Assembly: GCF_009914755.1 (NCBI RefSeq)
Contig: NC_060939.1
From: the human T2T-CHM13v2.0 reference genome, Homo sapiens
Direction: 5' to 3' (one strand)
Length of the DNA: 64,000 nucleotides
The notes beneath the pieces were generated by a model. It had not been told where the DNA came from. It did not search any database and saw nothing but the letters and a program-made list of their open reading frames with translations. Of this stretch, positions 1 to 18,407 are shown piece after piece. How positions within the stretch are numbered: the stretch's first letter is position 1; each line of letters opens with the position of its first letter. The position numbers were made by a program, and so were the translations under genes.

Positions 1-55
1 TTGGCTCATGTGATTATGGAGGCTAAATCCCCAAATATGCAGTTGGCGAGCTTGA
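1..55. mobile_element. MLT2-like LTR fragment
   Basis: similar to 659-711 inside the MLT2-like LTR. Confidence 0.6.
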
Positions 56-490
56 CAAATAAGTGAAATAAACCAGGAACAGAAAGTTAAACACTGCGTG
101 TTCTCATTCGTATATGGAACCTTAAATGAAGCTGATCTCATAGAAGTAGAAAGCAGAATAGAGGTTATTAGAGACCTGAAAGGGTAGAGGAAAGGAAGGG
201 ATAGGGAGAGATTTATTAAAGGATGCAAAATTACAGCTAGATAAGAGGAACAAGTTCTAGTGTTTCATAGCACTGTAGGATGACCATAGTTAACAATAAT
301 GTATATTTTCAAACAGCTACAAGAGAGAATATTGAATGTTTCCAACACAAGAAATGATAAATGTTTGAGATGATGGATATCTAATTACGTTGATCTGATC
401 CCCTCACATTATTATATGTGTCAAAGCATCACAATGTACTCCATAAATATATACAATTATTATGTGTCAATAAGAAATCAAAATAAATAA
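56..490 (+). mobile_element. Old L1 (L1MA-like) 3' end
   Basis: characteristic L1 3'UTR text (tacagctagataagaggaacaagttctagtg; caaagcatcacaatgtac) and A-rich end. Confidence 0.75.
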
Positions 491-582
491 GGGTATCTTC
501 TTCCACAAGCTGTTGCTACCATTCAGAGGAGAAAATGTTGTAGGCCCAAAGAAGGGATTATAGTAGCATTTGACTGTGGTGA

Positions 583-1380
<798 letters not shown>

Positions 1381-2549
1381 GATGACAACAATAGCTACCA
1401 TTTATTGAGGGTGTACTATATGCCAGGCACTTCCCAGATGTATTCCTATTCTGCAAGGCAGGTATTACACATGTTTTTAAACTGAGAAATGAGTTTTAAA
1501 ACTTTCAGCAACTTGTCCTGAGTCACTCAACTAGTAACTAGCAAGAAAATTTGTTTTTGAGTCTGATGCAAAGCATATGTTTTTCAGCAATGACAAGAAC
1601 CAAAATAGAAGCATCTTGCATAAGGAGGCAACGTATTTGCAAATACATCCTTTCAACTAAAGCATAAAGTAGACTGTGTTCTACCTTCCTGGGAGGACTC
1701 TGGACTCTGGGCCAACACGTAGCTCAGATTAACATGCATCTCTTATGCTAGTTAAAACTATTACCGCTGTAGCAGAAAAATTATTTGATGAGTGTGGTAA
1801 ACTGCAGAGTCCCATATCCAGAGATTCTGATTCAATGTCGGCAGTAGAGTCCAGGAATCTATTCCAGGTGATTCTGGTTCAGATGAGAAACGCTACTCAG
1901 TCACACTGGATTGTGGTTTCTACAGGGGCCTGAAAAAAGAGTGGGTCATATGGTTTCCTGAGGCCTGTCTGGGATGTGCATCATTTACTTTCTTGAAGAA
2001 ATAGGCTGCCAACTTGAAGATGGCATTTCCATACCTGGTGTTTATCCTCCAGTTCCAGGATGAGCTTGAGGCTCCCTTGATGGGGAACTGCACACTGTAG
2101 GATGGGCTTTGCACTCTTACCTCAAGATTTCAGATGTATGAAAGGTATTTCATACAGTCCTAGGTATACCAACTGTGCCAGTCCAATTTCACAGCCCCTT
2201 ATGCTGCTTTTTCTGCAGAGTGGAATCACTGGACTGGGGTGGGCCTTGATTCACAGTCTGGCTAAGGACTAGACATGGTCTGGCACAAAAGGTTCTATCT
2301 GGCAAGGGCAATGATAATTGGCTAGACAGTCAGACAGGCTCCACCCAGAATGTGGGGTGGCAGACCTGAGGCCATTAACTAGTAGGTAGTAAGAGATCAA
2401 AACTGCTAAGTAGAGAGCACACATGTCATCAGAGAAACTATGGGGAACGGGGGTCAGGGAGTGACGGTAACCAAAGGAAACCTCCGAGTTGACTTGCTCC
2501 GAATGGCTTTCTAGTCCTTCCTACTCATATTCCTACAATAAAATCCCCA

Positions 2550-2879
2550 TTTCTTTCTTTCTTTTCTTTTTTTCTTTTTTCTTTTTTTTTTTTTTTTTGA
2601 GACAGAGTTTTGCTCCTGTTGCCCAGGCTGGAGTGCAATGGTGCGATCTTGGCTCACCACAACCTCCACCTCCCGATTCAAGTGATTCTCCTGCCTCAGC
2701 CTGTCAAGTAGCTGGGATTACAGGCATGCGCCACCACATCTGGCTAATTTTGTATTTTTAGTAGAGACGGGGTTTCTCCATGTTGGTCAGGCTGGTCTCG
2801 AACTCCCGACCTCAGGTGATCTGCCTGCCTTGGCCTCCTAAAGTGCTGGGATTACAGACGTGAGCCACCATGCCTGGCC
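2550..2879 (-). mobile_element. Alu (S-like) inside an old LTR relic
   Basis: Alu dimer; TSD taaaatccccatttcttt. Confidence 0.93.
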
Positions 2880-3569
2880 TAAAATCCCCATTTCTTTAAA
2901 GTGTTTCAAGTCTATTATTTGCAACCAAGAGCCTAACTTCACACACACAGATTACTGATTTCATCAATTGTGAAGGTTTAAGGGATCTCCTTTGCGATTC
3001 CTTCAACTATTCAAGATTCCCCTTGTCGAGGTTGTTACCCTGTTTGAGGGGATGGAAGGGGCAGAATATTGCTTAGGTGTTGCAAGAGGAATCCAACCTT
3101 TCCTGGGTCACAACTCTGACGGGAAGCTGTGCCCTCAGTAAGGTTTCCCCAGTCCTGGTGGCAGTGTCTGAGTGGGCACTTCCTTAGATCCCCTGCAGAA
3201 ATCGTACTCATGAGCTCCTAGACGACACTGATTTCCGTTCTCTCCCAATTCCCTAACATGAGCAGAGTGCCTGGAGGGGATTAAGTGTTCAATACATACA
3301 ATTGGAAAAACAAGGCACTTTCACAGTCTCTTGTTGATTCTCAAAATTATTTTGGTAGTGTTTTGTTTTCATCATCAGCCTAATTTCACACTTGAGGAAA
3401 TAAAGTTCAGTGATACTGACTTGTCAGAGATCAAAGAGCTCATCAGTGGTGGAGCTAAAACTCTCCATAAGAATATAATACCCAATAACTCAAATTCCCT
3501 CACCCACAAAAATCTTTTCAGTCATCTCCCCTTTATCCTAACCACTGACGTAACTCAGATCTTCACATT

Positions 3570-3912
3570 CCTTTTCTCTTTTATCCTCAACTTTTAAATT
3601 CAGGGTACATGTGTAGGATGTGCAGGTTTTTTACACAGGTAAATGTGTGCCGTGGTGGTTTGCTGCACAGATCAACCCATTACCTAGGTACTAAGCCCAG
3701 CATCCCTTATTCTTCCTGATGCTCTCCCTCCCCCCATCCCCATCCCCACTCCCAAGATGCTCCTGTGTGTTGTTCCCCCGCCATGTGTCCATGTGTTCTC
3801 ATTGTTCAGCACCCACTTATAAGTAAGAACATGCAGTGTTTGATTTTCTGTCCCTGGATTAGTTTGCTGAAGATAATGGCTTCCAGCTCCATCCATGTCC
3901 CTGAAGATCACA
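3570..3912 (-). mobile_element. L1 (L1PA/PB-type) 3' end fragment
   Basis: L1 3'UTR sequence (aatggcttccagctccatccatgtccc; cagcacccacttataagt). Confidence 0.85.
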
Positions 3913-4928
3913 TTTCTAACCTTCCAACGGATCTTCCTGCCCAGGTTTTACCCCCAACCTATCTTCCACACCACCACCAAAGTTAAATTTCCAAAATCTA
4001 ACTCTGATCACGCCACTCTACTCACAGGCTACTGCATATGAGACAAAGGCCCTAACTCTCATGGTTTTCAAAGTCCTCCATGATCAGGCCTCAGCTTGCT
4101 TTTGCAGTCTCATTTCTATCACCAGATTCCACTCATCAATTCTTTTCATCAAAACGCTGGGCTTTCCCCCGGTATTCAACATGCCATTTGTTTCTCTTCC
4201 ATAATCCATTGTTAGCTTTTTCCCAGCCAGCTCTATAACTAGCTCATACATACAAGGGAATGTATGACAAATTTATGGCTTAAAGAATAATAAAAGAACA
4301 ATCATGCTCCCACCTAAACATTACCAAACACCCTATAGTGTTCTTTTAAGTCTCTGTGCCTCTGCACATGCTAGAATGTCCTTCCAGGCCTTAGTCTGCA
4401 TAGTAAACTCATCCTTTGGAAGCTAATTCCATTGACTTCCTCTGGGAAGCCTCCATTGACACCCGTGAGGGACACAATGCTTCCCTTATGCCTCTACTAT
4501 GGCATTTATAACTATTATATTCGCTTACACATTTGTCTCCCTGGTAGGTTGAAGATGTCAAATATTTGATCTCTGAATCTCTGGTAACCAGTTTGAAGTT
4601 CTAGTTACACAGTAAGTGCTCAATACATCAGATGACCACACAACCCAGTTTGCCTGGGAGAGTCCTGGTTTATGTCTGTTGCCCTGGAGTAATTATAAGT
4701 GCTTCTTTCACTCATAAAAGCATCCTAACTTAGATGACCAAATCACCCTATCCATAAATGTTGAATTAACAAATGACTTAAAGAATAGAGAAAGACTTTC
4801 ACTGTCAGAATCTAGGCAGGAAAAGCCAATGTGTGGATTCTGCGGCCACTGTGCCTCCTTCTCCTCCTCCTTCTGACTCTCCTGGAGACAGAGAAGATGA
4901 GTTTGCACACACCAGATGCTCAATAACC

Positions 4929-4934
4929 TTTATT
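4929..4934 (-). terminator. MTFMT distal polyadenylation signal AATAAA
   Basis: tttatt on plus; GT-rich sequence follows on the minus strand. Confidence 0.7.
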
Positions 4935-4984
4935 GCACAAGTAAGTTGAAAAATGTTAGCACGTTCCTACTTCAAGAAAACCTG

Positions 4985-5295
4985 GGCCGGGTGCAGTGGT
5001 TCATGCTTGTAATCCCAGCACTTTGAGAGGCCAAGGCAGGAGGATTGCTTGGGCCCAGGAGTTCAAGACCAGCCTAAGCAACATAGTGAGACCCCTATCT
5101 CTACAAAATTTTTTTTAAAAACTAAAAAAGAAAATTAGCCAGGCGTGGTGGCCCCACTTTGGGAGGCTGAGGCTGGAGGATCACTTAAGCCCAGGAGGTT
5201 GAAGATGCAGTAAGCAGTGTTTCACGCCACTGGACTCCAGACTGTGTGAGAGAGCAAGACCCCATCTCTAAAAAAATTAATAAAAAAAAATAAAA
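4985..5295 (+). mobile_element. Alu (J-like) in MTFMT 3'UTR
   Basis: Alu dimer with small internal deletion. Confidence 0.92.
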
Positions 5296-5521
5296 TCTGG
5301 ATGTAAAATGTTAATTTATAGTACAGATCAATGTGGCAGAGATTATTAAATATTACCTACGTTTACTACTTGGTTAAATCTAGCTGGTAGTGAAATGTAA
5401 AGAGCTGGATTTACTACTTATAGGAAATAAAAAATGCAGATTCAATACTCCTAAAATGTCAGTGGTGACACGATTTTTAAAAAATTAAATAGATGCACTG
5501 TTTTTAAAAAAACCTCTTCTC

Positions 5522-5872
<351 letters not shown>

Positions 5873-6087
5873 TTAGGGTTGCCCTTGTTCTTAAGGAAAG
5901 ATAATCTCCTTGAGTTTCGTATCATAAATACAAGTTTTATTTAAACTTTTTTGTAATTCAAGTAAAAAAGAAGCTGTTTTTTAACTACTGTTACATAAAA
6001 AGTGGAAAGTGAGGCAATCCATCTTTTCGGCAATAATCTTCTCTTCTTATAATAATGCCATCTTCTTTGAAAGTCCAGATAATTCCA

Positions 6088-6427
<340 letters not shown>

Positions 6428-6467
6428 TTACAAATATGTAATAGGTTTTTATCCATCTTCTTCCTAA

Positions 6468-6662
<195 letters not shown>

Positions 6663-6834
6663 CTAAAGGGCAAAATACAAATAGTGAATAGGCAGGGGTG
6701 GCAAAACTAAAAAGCCAAGTAAATATTAGTTTATAAAATTTTTATCATGGAAACAAACAAACCAACAAATCTTTACTAAATGCCTAGCTGCAAACAGCAC
6801 TACACTAAGTAACATGTAGAATTCCTTGACTCTA

Positions 6835-6878
6835 TTAGGTTGGTGCAAAAGTCATTGCGGTTTTTGACACTGAAATTA
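6835..6878. mobile_element. MADE1 / Hsmar1 TIR half-element
   Basis: ttaggttggtgcaaaagtcattgcggtttttg matches the MADE1 left arm. Confidence 0.85.
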
Positions 6879-6980
6879 AAAGCTTATTACCAAGGAGCGA
6901 TAACAAATGTATAGATCTGTATAAATATTTAAATACAAAGGGAGCAGAATAAAAGGTATGTAACATGAAATACACATATA

Positions 6981-7407
<427 letters not shown>

Positions 7408-7439
7408 TCAGATCAATCTATCACACATTTTAAACATTT

Positions 7440-7735
<296 letters not shown>

Positions 7736-8224
7736 AAACACTCTTAAGTATGAAATATCTCACATGAACACCATATGATGCAAAATACCTAGGAAATGGA
7801 AGGAATGTAGAACACTTCTCAGAACACACCATGATCTTATAAAACAATAATGATTCCAAAGTTATTTTAAAAAGTTCAGAAATCTCCTCTTTACTACTGT
7901 TAAGCAGTAAAAGCAAGTAGGATATGTGTGTCCTGTAGTAGTTCAGTCAGATATTTTGATATGACTATCTTTTATGTTACCAAGCACAAGAGCTGTTAAT
8001 TAAATTGGGCTACTGAAAATACACGTGTTCTTTTAAGAAAGCACTCAAGTTACTGAATCTTCTTTCTTTGAGTAATAATAATGCCTTGGCAAAACTTCAT
8101 CACTTTCAAAAAATTATGCTAGAGACTTCACTATTTCTTAAGAAAATTAAATGATCTCCTGACCCAATCTATGGACAGGCAGTTAAGTGAAGTTCCAACT
8201 AAAAATAATAAATGATACAGACTA

Positions 8225-8428
<204 letters not shown>

Positions 8429-9027
8429 TCAAAAAACATCTTGGGAGGCAGTACTGATACCGGAGAGAACACATTTGCTGATGTTGACTTTGTAAACCAA
8501 AACTTACAAGGAAACCACAGTGCTCTCTGTACATCAGAAACCCAAAGGAAAGCTTCCCATGCACATACAAAGCTATAATTCCTTTACCCAGTGACCACCT
8601 AAAATGCTGAATCTACAAGTTTTGTGTTAGCGCTTTGGTGAAATAACTAGCCAACAGGGGGAAATACATAGGATGTTTAGGATTTAGGCTGGCCCTTTCA
8701 TCCCTGCCCAAACAAATCCTAATTCCTAGGTTCCTGGGGAACTCCAACTACCTCTAAATTAAACCAGCTTCCTCTGTGGCTCACATTCCTTCTGTCCACC
8801 GTATTGGCAGGATGCTGATGGGCCTCAGAATGGACTTGTGGCATGAAGTATGAATACACTCTGGCCTAGATTTTCACTGATTTGCCCAGATATTTTCATT
8901 ATAATATTCACCAGAATGAAACTAATCGAGTCATTCTGCACTCTCTGAAAACCTTAAGGCAGGAAATCACAGAGCTTAAAATGGGATAGGAACACTGCTT
9001 TGCCTACTCCCCAGGGTCCTGTAATGA

Positions 9028-9343
<316 letters not shown>

Positions 9344-9518
9344 TGAGAAAATATATGAGAATGAGTGTTGCAAAGAATAAGACAATAAGTGAATGTAAAG
9401 TATTATAATTACTGAACTGAAACAAACTAAAAGTTATTTTTAGTAATTGTGACATATGATAAAACAGACGTATTTCCAGATACACTACAGTGAAAACAGC
9501 TTCCATGTTAGCTATTCA

Positions 9519-9620
<102 letters not shown>

Positions 9621-9791
9621 TTAAAGAAGGTATGATAAAGGAATACACTCAACTCCCAAACCCTTTTCAACTACTATTTTGTGTTAATCTGGACTTTTCT
9701 TTCAATTAGAGGAATTGGGAACTCAGTCACTAAGTTTGATGGAACAGACCATAAACATGACTCTCTACATCAGTGTTTCCAGGATTTATAA

Positions 9792-10092
<301 letters not shown>

Positions 10093-10327
10093 GATTTATA
10101 AGATCTTAAATGTTACTTTAAAATCAATGTTTATATCTAATATACTAATATTTCCAATTAAAAATTTATTATCCTTATAAAAAATGCAAGCATTACATTA
10201 TGTTAAAAAATTTTAGAAAGTGATATTCTGTATTTATTCCCATCCCTATAGGTAACGACTGTTAAGTTTGATGTGCATTTCCCTGTATTTTTTTCTACAA
10301 ATATTATTATAAAAATCTAGAACACAG

Positions 10328-10747
10328 TGATAGAGACAGGAGACAGCCAAATGCCACCCAGGTCATTATGCACAGTGGGCTTGACTCAACATGTCCATGG
10401 TGAAAAGTTCTGTCCCTTAACACATGCACAGTAAAGGAAATAAATCAAGGTGGCGTGGCTCAGACTAAGGGCCCGCATGAGCACTGGAAGAATGGGGGTG
10501 GAGCCACCAGGAATTTCTGCCTTATGCAGGGGAAGAGCCTGGCCTCTTCAGTTCCTGTGTGGTGGCCTGGTATTCAATCTGTGAGGTGGGAGCCTGTTGG
10601 CAGGACCCCCTCTTTTTTTGCTGAGAGCTTTCTTTTAATAAATTCCACTCTCCTCACCTTTCAATGTGTCCACGTGCCTAATTTTTCCTGGTTGTGAGAC
10701 AAGAACCCAGATTTTAGCTGAGTTAAGGAGCAAAAAGTCCTGCATCA
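10328..10747 (+). mobile_element. ERV1 solo LTR, MER61-like
   Basis: TG...CA ends (tgatagagacaggagacagccaaatgcc ... ggagcaaaaagtcctgcatca), internal AATAAA, p53-like 20-mer. Confidence 0.75.
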
Positions 10748-10799
10748 ATACTGTTTTACAAGGACTTTTGTTATGTGACCATAAAGCATTGATGTTTCA

Positions 10800-11780
10800 T
10801 CAGTACATACTTATCAATTTCACTCTATCTGCTGCACAGTAACCCATTTTATGAATATGTAATTTATGCAACTACCTTTATGATAGATATTTGTTATTTT
10901 CAATTTATTGCTATTTATAACACTATAAACTAGGGTAATAACCTTGTCGATATATCTTTGAGGGCTTACACATTTCTGGATAATAGTTTTGGGGTTTTTT
11001 GTTTTTAAAGTGGAATGCGTGGGTTAAACAGCATCAACATTTTATTGCTAAACTGCCTGGATAAGTGAGAAAAAAATATGATAATCTCTTGCTGTTTATT
11101 ATTAGCGAAGCTGAGAAGCTGTCCATATATTTATGTGCACTTTTAATTTATTTATCTGTAACCTGCCTATTTATGCCCTTTGGTTATATTTTTTAAAACT
11201 GGGATGGTTATCTCATTAATTTGCAAAAATATTTTCTATATTTAGGAAATTAGCCTTTTAACTCTTACATGTGTTGTGAATATTTTCCTCAGTTTGTTGA
11301 CTTTTAATCTTGGGGACAGCCATTTTTTCCATGCATAAGTTTTTTATTTTCATAATTATATTTCTAAGTCTTTTCTCTCATTACTTTGGTGGTTCATATC
11401 ATACTTAAAAAGGCCTACCCCACACTTTAAGATTATTAAATATTGTCAAATTATTCAGTTGTGCTTTTTTATAGTCCTTGTGATTTTACTTTTTATATTT
11501 AAATCCTTGATCCATCTATATTTTGATTTTTTTATTATGGTAAAAAACACATAAGAAAAATGTGCTCAATTAACAAATTGTAAGTATACCATACAGTATT
11601 GTTAACTACATATGCATTGTTATAATATAGCACTTACTATGATTTTAAAAGATAGGATTTGAGGGCTTCCCCCACCAATGGTTGGCCAGTTATCCCAATA
11701 CTATTTACTAGATAATCCATCTTACCCTTCCCTCCAGTATGAAATACCACCTTTATCATGTAACACATTTCCAACATACC
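10800..11780 (-). mobile_element. Degenerate old L1 (L1M) fragments
   Basis: AT-rich L1-like antisense text (ccagttatcccaatactatttact; gaaataccacctttatcat). Confidence 0.55.
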
Positions 11781-13059
11781 TGAGATCCTACAGCCTGATT
11801 TAAATGTTAATAAAATTTAACACACACCAGGAAATAAGTTCTCTAAAATTTCTGAATTGAATGCATTTATTTCCAGACTGTAGTTCAATCCTCTATTTCA
11901 TACATGAAGAGAGTGAGGCTCAGAGAAATGCAGCTATTTTCCCAAGGTTGGACCCAGCTAGTTAGTAGCAAAGCCAGGACTGGCTTCTGTTTTCTGATTC
12001 TCAGTGCAGTGCTCTTTTTATGACACCCCTTAAAGAGGGTATTTAACTTTCAGAAGAGTTAGGTTGTTGTAATAATTTGAACATTAAATCAAATAAGTAA
12101 ATGAATTTGAAGAACAAGTTCATAACTGTATCTATGTCATAGCCTCTTCTATAACTTGCTAGCTCACTTTTCTTTTGCCCGCTTCAATAAAAGTTCTGAA
12201 ACGATTTTCATATGTGCAATTTTTTTCTTTTAAATAACTCAAAATATTTTTGAAACATGCTTACTGACTAAAAAAGATTTCTATTTACTGAGAGTAATAA
12301 ACATGCTAGGTACATACTCAGAATATAGTCTTGTTCTTCGGGAGGTAAAGCTCACCTTATCATCAGAGCATTGTAGAAAGGAAAGGGATGGTAAGAATAT
12401 AATCATTTTGGTGTCTGCCATCATTACTGCCAAAATAGTATGTTTGCATGAATTTACATTCACCTAGTTCATTTCCTTTGATCTTGCCAGTTGTGTACAT
12501 GGTCATTAATCCCACTTTAGAGGTAAAAAAAGCAGAAGCTCAAAGACAAGGGCCTTCCTCTCATTAGTAAAGGGCAACTCTAGGAACCAAACCCCACCTT
12601 CTGGCTCAGTCTTTTATAGCACAAAGCTTTTCTCCATGTACAGGGAAGATAAACCGCAGAGGGTAAGAATCATCATGTAGTAAGTTATAGGTGCCAAGAG
12701 ATTTCAAGCTACTGGCCTAAATTGCATCTCAGGAAGTTGTCTACTTGATATCTCCATATGAACGTCTTCTAACTTAATATATGTCAAACTTAACATGGCC
12801 AAAACTATTGATTTCTCTTCCCAAATGTTCCTCCCCAGACATCCTCATCTCAATTAAATGGTTCCACTATTCACCCAGTTTCTCAAGCCAAAAATCTATG
12901 AATGATCCTAATTTATCTATCTCTAATTTCCCAGATTCCATCAGCAAATTCCGCTGACTCTATCTCCAAGCATAGTCTGGATGTCCACTTCTTTTTATCC
13001 ACCATTATCATTGTTCCAAACTGCCATCATCTGTCATCTGGCTACAGTCGCAGCAGCTT

Positions 13060-13369
<310 letters not shown>

Positions 13370-14452
13370 AATTCCCTAACTGACCTCCACTCCACTCTCT
13401 AGCAGCAGCCAGGGCAACCTTTTAAGAATGTACATACCTAATCCCATTACTCCCCTGCCGTGGCCCTCTGATGTCAATCCTACTCAATCTTGCTTCTCCC
13501 CTCACCTTAGCTACTCTCCATCTTGCCAGCTATGCTCCAGCCACACCAGCCTCATTTCTGTCCCTCAAACATGTCCAACTCTTTTCCATCTTGGGTTGTT
13601 TTTTTGTTTTGTTTTGTTTTTTGACAGCTTTATTGAGATGTAATTCACATACCAGAAAATTCACCCTTTTGAAGCTTCCAAGTCAGTGGTTTTTAGTAGA
13701 CTCAGGGTCATTCAACCAATGTCACTCGTTTTTTTCTTGCCTAATTTTTAGAACATTTTCATTACCTCTCTCTCCCAGAAAAAACGCACATCCATTATCA
13801 GAAAATTCCCATTATCCTCTCTCCTCCAGCCTATGGATTTGCCTATTTTGGACATTTCATATAAATGGAATAATAACATATGTAGTCTGTTGTGACAGGG
13901 TTTTTTCACTTAGCATATTTTTCAGGTTCATCCATGTCATAAGCATGTGATTATGGTTATGGCTGAGTATTAATAATATTCCACCGTATGGCTATATACC
14001 ACATTTTTTTAACGCATCCCTCAGTTGGATATTTGGGTTGTTTTCACTTTTTGGCCATTCTGAATAATGCTGCTATGAAGATTCGGGTACACATTTTTGT
14101 GTGAGCACAATGTTTCCAATTCTCTTGAGTATAAACCTAGGAAAGGAAATGCTGGGTCATAAGATACTTCTGTGTTTCACTTTTTGAGGAACTGCCAAAC
14201 TGTTTTCCACACAGGTTGCACCATTTTTAAGAGGTAAACATGGTACCATGAATGTATGAAGTTTCCAAATTTCTCCACATCCTTGCCAACACTAGTTTTT
14301 GTCTGTTTTTTGAATTATAGCCATCCTAATGGGTGTGAAGTGGTATCTCATTGTGGTTCTGATTTGCATATCCCTAAAGACAGATGAAGTTGCTGATCTT
14401 TTATATGCTTACTGGCCATTCATATTATGTATCTGCTTGAAACAAATGTCTA

Positions 14453-14762
<310 letters not shown>

Positions 14763-14902
14763 TTACTCAGAATTTTTGGCCATTTTTAATTGGGTTATTT
14801 GTCGTTTTACTGCTGAGTCATTGTAAGAATTCTTTACTCTGGATATTAGGCCCTTATCAGTTATATGATTTGCAAATATTCCCTCCCATTCTGTAAGCTG
14901 TC

Positions 14903-15237
<335 letters not shown>

Positions 15238-15561
15238 TGAAGCACAACTATTTTTAATTTTGATGAAGTCCAATTTCTCTATTTTTAGTCTGATTGCTTA
15301 TGCTTCATGGCATCATAGCTAAGAAACCACTGCCTAATTCAATGTCATGAATATTTACACCTATATTTTCTTCTAAGAGTTTTCTAGTTTTAGCTATTCA
15401 TTTAGCTTCTTTAACTTTTACATATGATGTGACATAGGGTCCAAATTCATTCTTTTGATTGTGGACATCCAGTTATCCCAGCTCCATTTATTGAGAATAC
15501 TATTCTTTCTCCATTGGATTGTCTTGGCACTCTTGTCAAAAAAAAAAAAAAAAAAAAAAAA

Positions 15562-15729
15562 GGTGGGTGGGAGGGGAGAGGGATAGCATTAGGAGATATA
15601 CCTCATGTAAATGATGAGTTAATGGGTACAGCACACCAACATGGCACATGTATACATATGTAACAAACCTGCACATTGTGCACATGTACCCTAGAACTTA
15701 AAGTATAATAATAATAATAATAAAAAAAA
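15562..15729 (+). mobile_element. Primate L1PA 3' terminal fragment
   Basis: gggatagcattaggagatatacc...catgtaccctagaacttaaagtataataa. Confidence 0.93.
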
Positions 15730-15807
15730 GAACTATCTTTTGGGAACTACCTTTAGAAAAAAAAATCAATTGACCATAAATGTATGGGTTTATTTCTAGA
15801 CTTTTAA

Positions 15808-16100
<293 letters not shown>

Positions 16101-16659
16101 TTATTTCTAGACCCTTAATTCGATTCTAATGAGCTATAGCCAGTACCACACTATCTTGGTTACTGTAGTTTTACAGCAAGTTTTGAAACTGAAAACTATG
16201 AGTCCTCCAATTTTGTTAGTTTTGGCTATTCTGGGCCCCTTGCAATTCTGTATACATTTTAGGAGCAGCTTGTCAATTTGTACAAAGAAGCCAATTGGGA
16301 TTTTTTTTTTAGGAATTGTGTTGAATCTGTACATCAACTTGGGGAGTAGAGACATCTTAACAATACTAAGTTTATCCAATCAATGAATACTGGGGTCTTT
16401 CCATTTACTTGGGTCTTCTTTACTGTTTATTAGCTCTAATAGTTTTTTTTGGAACTTCTTCATGATTTTCTATATGCTAGATCATATCATCCACAAATAG
16501 AGACAGCTTTACTTCTTCCTTTCCAAACTTTTGTTTGGTTGCCTTTTGTTTCTTTTTTCTTGTCTAACTGCCCCAACAGAACAAAGTTGAATAGAAGACA
16601 TTTAACTTTGAGAGCGCAGACATCTTTATCTTCTTTGTGATCTTAAGGGAAAGGCTTTG

Positions 16660-16822
16660 TCTTTCTTTTATTTTCTTTCTTTCTTCTTCTTTTTTTTTTT
16701 TTTTTTAAGAGACAAAGTCTGGCTATATTGTCCAGGCTGGTCTCGAACTCCTGGCCTCAAGCAATCCTCCCGCTCAGCCTCCAAAATACCTGGGACTACA
16801 AGTGTCCACCACTGCACTTGGC
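16660..16822 (-). mobile_element. Alu monomer (FLAM-like)
   Basis: single arm with T-rich tail. Confidence 0.8.
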
Positions 16823-17069
16823 TTCTTTCATTAAGTATGATGTTAGTTACAGGGTCTTCATAGATGTCCTTTATCAAGTTGAGGAAATGCTCTTCTATTT
16901 CTAGTTTATTGAGGTTTTTTTACATGTGTTGGATTTTGTCAAATGCTTTTTCTGCATCTATTGAGACAGTGATGTAGCTTTTGTCCTTTATTCTACTAAT
17001 ATGATATGTTACATTGACTGATTTTCATATGTTGAACCAACCTTGCATTCCTGGGATAAATCCCACTTG

Positions 17070-17392
17070 GGGCAGGGTGTGATGGCTCACACCTGTAATG
17101 CCAGCATGTTGGGAGGCTGAGGTGGGCGGATCACTCAAGTTCAGGAGTTTGAGATCAGCCTGGCCAACATGGTGAAACCCCATCTCTACTAAAAATACAA
17201 AAAAATGAGCTGAGCATGGTGCTGCATGCCTGTAATCCCAGCTACTCAGGAGGCTGAGGTAGAATTGCTAGAGCCCAGAAGGCGGAGGTTGCAGTGAGCT
17301 GAAACTGCACAGTTGCGCTCCAGCCTAGGCGACAGGGCGAGACACCATCTCAAAAAAAAAAAACAAAAAACAAAAAACAAAACCCAAAAAAC
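17070..17392 (+). mobile_element. Alu (S-like)
   Basis: Alu dimer; TSD aatcccactt. Confidence 0.92.
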
Positions 17393-17731
17393 AATCCCAC
17401 TTAGTCATCATGTATAATCCTTTTTTATATGTTGCTGGATTCAGTTTGCTAACTCTGTGGAGGACTTGTGCATCTATATTCAGGGATATCAGTCTGGAGT
17501 TTCCTTTTCTTGTGATTCTTTGGGTTAGCCCACCTTGGGTTTTGTACTAGCTGTTCCTCTGCCTGGAATGCTCTTCTCTGTTCTAGGCATGGCTGGCTCC
17601 TTATTGTCTTTCAGATTTCAGCTTAAGTGTCAGAAAGAGGCTTTCCCCATCACCGATCTAAAATAACCTCCAGTTATTCTATCACATGATCCTATTTTTA
17701 TTTTCATCAAGGAATTTATCACACTATTTGA

Positions 17732-18407
<676 letters not shown>

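Noticed and set aside
6835-6878. MADE1 as a miR-548-type hairpin
   Set aside because: Only one arm is present, so no palindromic precursor can form.
16134-16379. ORF resembling L1 ORF2 reverse transcriptase region
   Set aside because: Fragment of a dead L1M element interrupted by Alus.
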